A stretch of DNA of 32,000 bases from contig FP565575.1 of the NCBI GenBank assembly GCA_000091165.1, positions 1,590,001 to 1,622,000 of the forward strand, read 5' to 3'. Shown here in pieces: positions 9,171-16,074 of this stretch (within the stretch, counting starts at the first letter, position 1; each line of letters starts with the position of its first letter). The DNA is from Candidatus Methylomirabilis oxygeniifera. Lineage in GTDB: Bacteria > Methylomirabilota > Methylomirabilia > Methylomirabilales > Methylomirabilaceae. The notes under the pieces are model-generated. The model saw only the letters and a program-made list of their open reading frames with translations. It was not told where the DNA came from and did no database searches. Made by a program: the position numbers and the translations under genes.

Positions 9171-9215
9171 ATTTCATGCTGCGTACAATGATACACCGCA
9201 GCCCTCTTGCTCCAC

Positions 9216-9551
9216 CTATGCTCCACTGGCTTCGGATTTCTGATCAACGCCCTGAGGACCGCTCACTCCCTCTTCGAGGGCGGTTCTCAACAGCTCTGAC
9301 AGTGTACCCAACTTCACCGCGATCAATCTCTCGGACCGCTCTCGCTCCGTCTCTGCCTTAAAAAGCTCATCCGCAATATCGAGTGAGGCCAACACGATCG
9401 CCTTGGTGGGTGGGAGCGACTGGAATCTCTTGACAACTCCATCCAGTTTCGCGTCGACATACGCCGCAACCTCTCGGACATACGAGGGATCTTCTGCAGC
9501 ACGGATCGTGTACTGCTCCCCTCGAATGACGACGCTCACCAGTTGCTCCAT
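9216..9551 (-). CDS. zapA: Cell division protein ZapA
   Basis: MEQLVSVVIRGEQYTIRAAEDPSYVREVAAYVDAKL..PTKAIVLASLDIADELFK is a typical ZapA fold sequence. The ATG at 9551 lies 7 nt after the upstream stop. Confidence 0.85.
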   Translation of the reverse strand: MEQLVSVVIRGEQYTIRAAEDPSYVREVAAYVDAKLDGVVKRFQSLPPTKAIVLASLDIADELFKAETERERSERLIAVKLGTLSELLRTALEEGVSGPQGVDQKSEASGA

Positions 9552-9558
9552 ACGATTC

Positions 9559-9876
9559 TCACGCCCCGGATTCAACGGAGGTCTCAATCCGAGCGATCTC
9601 CTCCAGCAAGCGATCTACCTTCAGTCGAATCTCCTCACGTTCCTCCTGCATGTGAACGAGCTGCTCCTGATCCTTCTTACGTGCGGCCTCGAGCGCCCCC
9701 ACCTGCTCTGCTTGCGCCCTGACCACAGCCTGCAGCTCGTCTACCTGCCGCTCCAGAACCACCTTCTCTCCTTTGAGCTTCGTCGCGAGCGTAACCGCTA
9801 ACCTTACTCGACCTTCCAGTTCCTCCAGTTTTTCAGCAAGCATCGTCCGGCCCCGATCGGAAAAATCCTCCAGCAT
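9559..9876 (-). CDS. ZapB-like coiled-coil protein (about 105 aa)
   Basis: Almost entirely heptad-like (LEELEGRVRLAVTLATKLKGEKVVLERQVDELQ..). It lies directly upstream of zapA. The ATG at 9876 has GGAGA 5 nt upstream. Confidence 0.6.
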   Translation of the reverse strand: MLEDFSDRGRTMLAEKLEELEGRVRLAVTLATKLKGEKVVLERQVDELQAVVRAQAEQVGALEAARKKDQEQLVHMQEEREEIRLKVDRLLEEIARIETSVESGA

Positions 9877-9947
9877 GCAGTCTCCATGATGGTAGCCCAT
9901 ACCCGGCTGAGAGCCTACCAAAGCCATGCACCCTTGTAAAGTGAAAA

Positions 9948-12374
9948 CTATCCCCGAAGCCTCGCCCCGGTCATCTGCTGTAACTGCTGAATAATGCCGG
10001 ATTCGACTTGCCCTACTTCAGCATCGATCAGCGTATGATCCGGAGAACGGAACACCAGCCCGACGCCGCATGATTTATACCCTTGTGGCAGTTCCTTCCC
10101 ACGGAACAGATCGAACAGTTCAACCCGTTCGAGCAGCGATCCCCCGGCTTGCCTGACAGTCTCGAACAGGTCGGCGACCGGTACGCGCTCCGGAACGACA
10201 AGCGCCAGATCCCGTCGTATCGCGGGAAAGCGGGGCGGCGGCTCGATCCGTAAGAACCGTTCCCCGATCACGCTCAGAAGCTGTTCCAGATCGAACTCAG
10301 CCAGACAGACGGGAACTCGCACCTCAAAGTTGCGCGCAACCGCCGGGTGGAGCTCTCCCATCACTCCAAGCCGCACATCCCTCGAGTACACAGCCGTCGT
10401 TCGCCCCGGATGAAACGATTGCTGATCCGCAATCTGAATGAAGCGCGTCTCCCTGAGTTCCAGGCGATCGAGCAACTCTTCCACGACACCCTTCAAATCG
10501 TAAAAATCCAACTGCGCAGTCGTCCGACTCCACTGTCTCGGCCATGTCGGCCCCGCCATGCCGATAACCAGCATCTGCCGCTCCTGGGGCAAGTCGGCGT
10601 GGTGCGGCAGGTAGACCCGTCCGATCTCGAATAGACGCGGACCAGCCTCATCCTGACGAAGATTGTTGGTCAGGCAGTCCAGGAGGCTGGGGAGCAGCGA
10701 CATCCGAAGCATCTCCTGATCGGGGGTCATCGGATTCGCCAGGCAATATCCATCCGGCATCTCAGCGCCTCGCCCCGACATCATCTTATTCAGGAGGCGT
10801 CGACCGATCAGCGAGTACGTAATGACCTCGTGCAGGCCGCAGCCCACAAGCAGGTCACTGAGTCGTTCGGTAAGACAACGCATCGGTTGCGGCGGGTAAT
10901 CGGGCAGGCGGCCCGCCAGCGTGGTGGTTGGAATCCGGTCGTAGCCAACCAGACGCGCCACCTCTTCCACCAAATCGGCTGAGATCTGAATGTCGCTCCT
11001 GTGCGCCGGCGGCGTGACCCGCAGGGCGTTGCCGTCTTCCCGGCAGTCAAACCCAAGTCGGCCGGCCAGCACGTCCCGCATCTGAGCCGTTGTAAGATCA
11101 ATCCCCAAGACGCGCCGAAGCTCCGCCGGGGTCAGTGTGAACTCCATCGGCTCTCGTGGGGCGGGGAAGGCATCCCATAGTCCGCGTGCCGCCTTGCCTC
11201 CACAAATCTCAACGAGCAGCTTGGTCGCTCGTCTCAGTGCGGCGGTGGTAGTGATCGGCGGCAGCCCTTTGTCGAAGCGGAACGACGCCTCGGTCCTGAG
11301 TCGCAGCGCACGGCAACTCTGTCGGATCGAGCCGGGACTGAAGTTGGCCGACTCCAACAACACACTCTTCGTCGACGGAGTGACCTCTGTCTCTGAGCCG
11401 CCCATAATCCCGGCAAGCGCGACCGGACGATTCGCATCGGCAATGACCAGCATCTCGGATGAGAGCGTCCGCAAGAGACCATCCAGCGTCCGAAGCGATT
11501 CTCCATCCGTCGCACGCCGCACCACAACGCGCCTGCCATGAATCGTCTCGTAATCAAACGCATGCAACGGCTGCCCATACTCGAGCATGACGTAGTTGGT
11601 AACATCGACGACATTATTGATGGGGCGCACACCGGCCGCCATGAGACGCGTCTGGAGCCACGAAGGCGAGGGGCCGACCGTAACACCGTGCACGACCGAT
11701 GCGCCGTACCGCGGACACAGGTCTGGCGCCAGGATTTCAACCTGCACCTCATCCCGAACGTCGCAACCTTCCTCCCGATAGGACAGATCAGGCGGGTGCA
11801 GTGGCGCCTCAGTAATGGCCGCCACCTCGCGCGCAACCCCGAGCATCCCCAGGCAATCCGGTCTGTTCGGCGTCACTTCGAGATCGAGGATAGTGTCCCC
11901 CAACACCGCACTAAGCGGCGATCCGACCTCGGCCTCATCGGGAAGGATCAACACCCCTTCGTGAGCCTCCGACAGGCCCAGTTCCCTCTCGGAGCAGAGC
12001 ACCCCTCGCGAGGCAACCCCCTGAATCTGGACGACCTCCACCACGGTGGAGTGACCTGTGTGCGCATCGATCAGACTCGCGCCGACAGACGCAAAAGGCA
12101 CCCTGTCGCCGACTTTGAGATTCCCGGCACCGCTCACAATGGCAATTCTCTCGCCAGGTATCTCTAGGCCGACCAAGGAGAGCGAGTCAGCCGCCGGATG
12201 CGGCTCAATAGATGCGATCTGTGCGACAATAATCCCAGGCCAGCCGTTACCGCGCTCTTCAATTCCGCCTACCTCGGTTCCGCACATGGTCAGCCGATGG
12301 GCCAGCTCCTGAACAGGCAGAACCAAGTCGACATAGTCAGATAGCCATTTCAGCGATACTTTCATCGGGCTCAT
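9948..12374 (-). CDS. pheT: Phenylalanine--tRNA ligase beta subunit
   Basis: 808 aa. N-terminus MKVSLKWLSDYV.., followed by tRNA-binding, B3/4, B5 and C-terminal anticodon-binding-like regions. GAGGA lies 5 nt upstream of the ATG at 12374. Confidence 0.95.
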   Translation of the reverse strand: MSPMKVSLKWLSDYVDLVLPVQELAHRLTMCGTEVGGIEERGNGWPGIIVAQIASIEPHPAADSLSLVGLEIPGERIAIVSGAGNLKVGDRVPFASVGASLIDAHTGHSTVVEVVQIQGVASRGVLCSERELGLSEAHEGVLILPDEAEVGSPLSAVLGDTILDLEVTPNRPDCLGMLGVAREVAAITEAPLHPPDLSYREEGCDVRDEVQVEILAPDLCPRYGASVVHGVTVGPSPSWLQTRLMAAGVRPINNVVDVTNYVMLEYGQPLHAFDYETIHGRRVVVRRATDGESLRTLDGLLRTLSSEMLVIADANRPVALAGIMGGSETEVTPSTKSVLLESANFSPGSIRQSCRALRLRTEASFRFDKGLPPITTTAALRRATKLLVEICGGKAARGLWDAFPAPREPMEFTLTPAELRRVLGIDLTTAQMRDVLAGRLGFDCREDGNALRVTPPAHRSDIQISADLVEEVARLVGYDRIPTTTLAGRLPDYPPQPMRCLTERLSDLLVGCGLHEVITYSLIGRRLLNKMMSGRGAEMPDGYCLANPMTPDQEMLRMSLLPSLLDCLTNNLRQDEAGPRLFEIGRVYLPHHADLPQERQMLVIGMAGPTWPRQWSRTTAQLDFYDLKGVVEELLDRLELRETRFIQIADQQSFHPGRTTAVYSRDVRLGVMGELHPAVARNFEVRVPVCLAEFDLEQLLSVIGERFLRIEPPPRFPAIRRDLALVVPERVPVADLFETVRQAGGSLLERVELFDLFRGKELPQGYKSCGVGLVFRSPDHTLIDAEVGQVESGIIQQLQQMTGARLRG

Positions 12375-12394
12375 CAGATTCCTCGGAAAAAGAG

Positions 12395-12414
12395 GTCAGC
12401 CTTCAGCCGTCAGC
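12395..12414. repeat. Copy of the dispersed 20-nt intergenic repeat GTCAGCCTTCAGCCGTCAGC
   Basis: 19/20 identical to 1655-1674. Shorter matches occur at 13653-13664 (reverse), 15311-15329 (reverse) and 24252-24263. Confidence 0.55.
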
Positions 12415-12699
12415 CTCGGACAAAATCAACTTTACGGCTGCACTCGTGTTTTTGCTTACTCCATCGCGATCTGCTCAACATGCGACAAGGCCTTGGCGCC
12501 AGGCGATCCCTCTATTTCAAGTACAGCCACTACACCCACATAACCACTGCTACCGCCGGAGACTATGTCAATAGCCGATAAATGTCAACCAGCAAGGGGA
12601 GAACGTCGCATCACACAGGACATTTCACCTGCTAGCGGCAAAAAGCGTCTGTAGAATTCGCCCTCAAGAAGGAGGTATCCGGCTCAGATCCATGCGCAG

Positions 12700-13030
12700 G
12701 GGGGATCGCCACTGCGACATCTATCCCTGAAACTATTTCTTGGCCCTGAAGTCGGGAAAGGCATTGCATGAGCCGAGATGAAGGGCGTCAAGCGTCTTCA
12801 CCCCAGTCGTCTGGATGAGTTCCTAATAACTGCGATCCCTTCGAATACGGGAAAGGATTGTAGGTACGCCCACGGTGCAAGCATCAAGAGTCGTCGGCGG
12901 TGGGCCTTGAGTCTATCCCAGAGTATGGGCAGTTTCCGGCGCACCTGCCGCCGCAGATGTCCCATGAACTCAACGAGGTCATAGGCGGACTGAAGGCATT
13001 CACGGCTCGCACACGACGCCCTTCACGATC
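12700..13030 (-). pseudogene. Decayed remnant of an IS630/Tc1-like DDE transposase (C-terminal part only, with stops and frameshifts)
   Basis: Minus-strand translation of about 12798-12980 gives DLVEFMGHLRRQVRRKLPILWDRLKAHRRR..FPVF... This resembles the ..FL.HLL....GK..v.WDg...HR....FP.YAPELNP.. region of IS630-family transposases. It has no start codon, an upstream in-frame stop, and similarity that continues only after frame changes. I saw no terminal inverted repeats. Confidence 0.35.
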
Positions 13031-13034
13031 GACC

Positions 13035-13063
13035 TTGACTCATATGGACGGATAGTCCATACT
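13035..13063 (+). promoter_or_regulatory. Candidate sigma-70 promoter with an embedded operator palindrome for vapBC
   Basis: TTGACT (13035-13040), 17 nt, then CATACT (13058-13063). The inverted repeat TATGGAC-N5-GTCCATA (13043-13061) fills the spacer. There is no SD before the ATG at 13071, so the transcript may be leaderless. Confidence 0.4.
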
Positions 13064-13070
13064 TATATGC

Positions 13071-13271
13071 ATGAGAACGACACTCAATATTGACGATACC
13101 CTCTTACGTCGCGCAGCCGCACTCACCGGTGTTGACGAGAAAACCTCCCTCGTGCGCCTAGGGCTCGAAGCCTTGGTGGCCAAAGAAAGTGCCCGTCGCT
13201 TGGCGAACCTTGCGGGAACCGAGAAACGACTTCTGCCTATTCCAAGGCGTCGCTCCGCCGGACCCGCATGA
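13071..13271 (+). CDS. vapB: Type II antitoxin, VapB family
   Basis: 66 aa, MRTTLNIDDTLLRRAAALTGVDEKTSLVRLGLEALV... ATGA overlap with the downstream PIN gene. Confidence 0.8.
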   Translation: MRTTLNIDDTLLRRAAALTGVDEKTSLVRLGLEALVAKESARRLANLAGTEKRLLPIPRRRSAGPA

Positions 13272-13624
13272 TTCTCGTGGATACGTCGGTTTGGATCGAG
13301 CAGCTCCGAAGGGGGAGCGAACGTCTTCAGTCTTTGCTCTACGACGAGCAGGTCCTCTGTCATCCTTTCATTATCGGCGAGCTGGCCTGCGGGACGCTGC
13401 GGAATCGGCAGGAGATTCTCCGTCTATTGTCGGTTCTGCCTCAGGTTCTCGTTGCGGATCATGAAGAGGTCGTACATCTTGTGGAAGGACGGCACCTCTA
13501 CGGGCGCGGTCTAGGCTGGGTGGATGTCCATCTCTTGGCTTCATCGATCCTCACGAGATGTACCCTCTGGACACTCGACAAGCGACTGAGACAAGTCGCG
13601 GCCGCCCTCAAGATCTCAATGTGA
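13268..13624 (+). CDS. vapC: Type II toxin, PIN-domain ribonuclease VapC
   Basis: 118 aa with the PIN N-terminal signature MILVDTSVWIE, later acidic residues, and ..VDVHLLASS... Confidence 0.88.
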   Translation: MILVDTSVWIEQLRRGSERLQSLLYDEQVLCHPFIIGELACGTLRNRQEILRLLSVLPQVLVADHEEVVHLVEGRHLYGRGLGWVDVHLLASSILTRCTLWTLDKRLRQVAAALKISM

Positions 13625-13750
13625 CACGTAATGGTAACTACTCAGGTCGATAGACTGAAGGCTGTTAGGAACAGAAACCGAGAAGACCGTGAGTAGCTTG
13701 ATTCGTGCCTGGGGAGGTGATGGAGATCTACGGAGTCGCCAGGTTGGGTA

Positions 13751-14803
13751 TCAGGGGAACTGCTGGAGGAAGCGGAGGTCGTTGGCGTGGAAGAAGCGGA
13801 TGTCTTCGATGCCGTACTTGAGCATGGCGACACGCGCGGGCCCCAGGCCAAAGGCGAAGCCGGTGTAGCGCGCCGGGTCGTAGCCGACGCGCGTCAGGAC
13901 ATTCGGATGCACCATTCCCGCGCCTAAGATCTCCAGCCACCCGCTCATCTTGCATAGCCGGCAGCCTGCGCCCTTACAGCGAAAGCAGTCGATCGACATA
14001 TCGACACCGGGTTCGACAAACGGGAAATAATCGCACCGAAAGCGAATCTTCCGCTCGTTTCCGAAGAGGCGCCGTACGAAGGCGTAGAGCGTCCCCTTCA
14101 GATCGGCGAAGGTAATGCCCTCGTCAACCGCTAGTCCCTCGATCTGGTGAAACTGGCTCTCGTGACTGGCGTCGATTGCCTCGTACCGATAACACTTGCC
14201 TGGTACTATCACGCGGATCGGCGGCTTGGTCTGTTCCATGATGCGGATCTGCATCGGCGAGGTGTGCGTTCTGAGCAGCATCGGTTTGCTGATGTGGGCG
14301 CTGGTCGGATCGATCCAGAAGGTATCCCACATCTCCCTGGCCGGGTGGTCCTCCGGAATATTGAGGGCCTCAAAGTTATAGTAGTCCCACTCAACCTCAG
14401 GCCCCTCGATGACGGCAAACCCCATCTCCGCGAAGATCTGACAGATCTCGCGGATAATCTGGGTAAGGGGATGCAGTCGGCCCACGCTCGGTCTCCGCCC
14501 AGGCAGCGTGCCGTCGATCCGGTCTGCCGCCAGCACCTCATCACTCGGAACCGATTCCAGGGCTGTCCGCCTGGACGTGATACGCTCCTCAACCGCCTGT
14601 TTGACCTGGTTGGCCAGCAGACCAATTGCCGGGCGCTCCTGCGGCGGAAGTGTGACCAATTGTCGAAGGATCGTCGTCAATCTGGCCTTACGGCCGAGGA
14701 ACTGCACCCGCACCTGTTCGAGCTGAGCCAAGTCTACGCTCTGTTCAATCCGCGTAAGCGCCGCCGCCTTCAAATCCTCGAGTTCCTGCCGCAATGCCTC
14801 CAC
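13751..14803 (-). CDS. pheS: Phenylalanine--tRNA ligase alpha subunit
   Basis: Class II motifs FRCDYFPFVEPG and GFAFGLGPARVAMLKYGI. I chose the GTG at 14803 because the ORF-track ATG at 14845 sits inside the terminator-like hairpin and would add about 14 aa not seen in PheS N-termini. The start remains uncertain. Confidence 0.92.
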   Translation of the reverse strand: MEALRQELEDLKAAALTRIEQSVDLAQLEQVRVQFLGRKARLTTILRQLVTLPPQERPAIGLLANQVKQAVEERITSRRTALESVPSDEVLAADRIDGTLPGRRPSVGRLHPLTQIIREICQIFAEMGFAVIEGPEVEWDYYNFEALNIPEDHPAREMWDTFWIDPTSAHISKPMLLRTHTSPMQIRIMEQTKPPIRVIVPGKCYRYEAIDASHESQFHQIEGLAVDEGITFADLKGTLYAFVRRLFGNERKIRFRCDYFPFVEPGVDMSIDCFRCKGAGCRLCKMSGWLEILGAGMVHPNVLTRVGYDPARYTGFAFGLGPARVAMLKYGIEDIRFFHANDLRFLQQFP

Positions 14804-14812
14804 GTCTCCCCT

Positions 14813-14843
14813 ACAACAACAAGCCCCGACAAAAGGTCGGGGC
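14813..14843 (-). terminator. Intrinsic terminator/attenuator-like hairpin between rplT and pheS
   Basis: On the minus strand the RNA reads GCCCCGAC-cuuuu-GUCGGGGC followed by UUGUUGUUGU. It begins 28 nt after the rplT stop. Confidence 0.55.
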
Positions 14844-14870
14844 ATGTCTCGTCGAACAATGTCACGATTC

Positions 14871-15230
14871 TCAGGCCGCCAACTGCTCCCGGGCGGCCGC
14901 CGCCAGTTTCGTGAACGCCGACGGATCCTGGATAGCCAGATCGGCCAGAGCCTTCCGATCCATCGCTACACCGGCCTTCTTGAGACCACCCATCATCACG
15001 CTATACGACAGCCCGGACAAGCGCGCCGCCGCATTGATCCGTATGATCCACAGGCTGCGGAACTCCCGCTTGCGGGCCTTCCGATCGCGATAGGCGTACC
15101 GTTTTGCCCGATCGACCGCCTCCTGCGCGCTCCTGTAGGCCTTACTCCGTTTCCCAAAGTAGCCCTCGGCCTCTTTGAGGACCCTGTTCCTGCGACGTCT
15201 GGTCTTAAATCCACCTTTTGCGCGTGGCAT
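14871..15230 (-). CDS. rplT: 50S ribosomal protein L20
   Basis: [30 protein letters not shown]... The ATG at 15230 has GGAGG 7 nt upstream. The ORF track starts two codons earlier. Confidence 0.95.
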   Translation of the reverse strand: MPRAKGGFKTRRRRNRVLKEAEGYFGKRSKAYRSAQEAVDRAKRYAYRDRKARKREFRSLWIIRINAAARLSGLSYSVMMGGLKKAGVAMDRKALADLAIQDPSAFTKLAAAAREQLAA

Positions 15231-15254
15231 CCTCATTCCTCCAGATAAGACAGC

Positions 15255-15329
15255 GTTCAGCCCTCAGCGATTCGCTGGCTAATGTAGCATGGGATCTGTG
15301 ATTCCTGCAAGCTGAATGCTGACGGCTGA
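15255..15329. repeat. Repeat-derived inverted pair in the rpmI-rplT spacer
   Basis: GTTCAGCCCTCAGCG (15255-15269) and GCTGAATGCTGACGGCTGA (15311-15329). The latter is the reverse complement of TCAGCCGTCAGC plus flank, which relates it to the 20-nt repeat family. Confidence 0.4.
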
Positions 15330-15351
15330 TTACTGATCGCTACCCGTCCTG

Positions 15352-15549
15352 TTACAGATAGGGAATCAAACGCTCCATCCTGGCCGTGTCCGCCTTGGAC
15401 ACCAGACCGGGCTGACGCAGATTTCGTTTTCGCTTCCTCGACTTACCGGTCAGCAAGTGACTCTTGGACGCTTTGTTGCGTCTGATCTTACCGGTTCCCG
15501 TCATCTTGAACCGCTTCGCGGCCCCTTTGAGTGTCTTGATCTTCGGCAC
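15352..15549 (-). CDS. rpmI: 50S ribosomal protein L35
   Basis: [23 protein letters not shown]... The GTG at 15549 lies 5 nt after GGAGGAG. The ORF-track GTG at 15555 abuts the SD. Confidence 0.93.
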   Translation of the reverse strand: MPKIKTLKGAAKRFKMTGTGKIRRNKASKSHLLTGKSRKRKRNLRQPGLVSKADTARMERLIPYL

Positions 15550-15564
15550 CGTCACTCCTCCCTG

Positions 15565-16074
15565 TTAATGCTTGGGGGTGAGGATCATCACCATGTTCCG
15601 GCCTTCCTGCCTGGGATACTGCTCCAACACAGCGATCTCCTTGAGCGCCTCTGCAAAACGGTCCAACTGCGCCTTCCCGCGCTCGATATGAACCATCTCC
15701 CGGCCTCGGAACATCAGGGTCACCTTGGTCTTGTTCCCCTCCTTCAAGAAACGCTCGGCATGCCTGGACTTGAACTGGAAATCATGCTCATCGGTCTTGG
15801 GTCGGAGTTTGATCTCCTTGATCTGGATGACCGTCTGCTTCTTCCTCGCCTCCCGCGTCTTCTTGTTCTGCTCGTACCGATACTTCCCGTAATTCATGAT
15901 CCGGCAGACAGGCGGCTTGGCGTCCGGCGCCACCTCTACCAGATCGAGCGCGAGCTTCTGGGCGGTCTCAAGGGCCTCCTGAATCGGCAGGATCCCCAGT
16001 TGCGCCCCCTCCGGACTGATCACCCTCACCTCTTTGATCCGAATCCGCTCGTTCACCCGAACACTTCTACTGAT
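15565..16074 (-). CDS. infC: Translation initiation factor IF-3, probably with a non-canonical ATC start
   Basis: ..RSVRVNERIRIKEVRVISPEGAQLGI.. and the C-terminal domain are typical of IF-3. AAGGAGGG lies 7 nt upstream of the in-frame ATC at 16074-16072. The ORF-track TTG at 16110 has no SD. Confidence 0.88.
   Translation of the reverse strand: MSRSVRVNERIRIKEVRVISPEGAQLGILPIQEALETAQKLALDLVEVAPDAKPPVCRIMNYGKYRYEQNKKTREARKKQTVIQIKEIKLRPKTDEHDFQFKSRHAERFLKEGNKTKVTLMFRGREMVHIERGKAQLDRFAEALKEIAVLEQYPRQEGRNMVMILTPKH

Noticed and set aside
9026-9247. 73-aa minus-strand ORF in the zapA-rny spacer.
   Set aside because: It overlaps the zapA stop and the highly structured candidate 6S region. Its composition is not protein-like.
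12778-12984. 68-aa plus-strand ORF in the pheT-vapB spacer.
   Set aside because: It lies antisense to the stretch that translates as a transposase remnant. It has a basic, low-complexity composition and no SD.
13040-13363. 107-aa minus-strand ORF overlapping vapB and the start of vapC.
   Set aside because: It is an antisense shadow of a well-supported vapBC pair, and I recognise no motifs in it.
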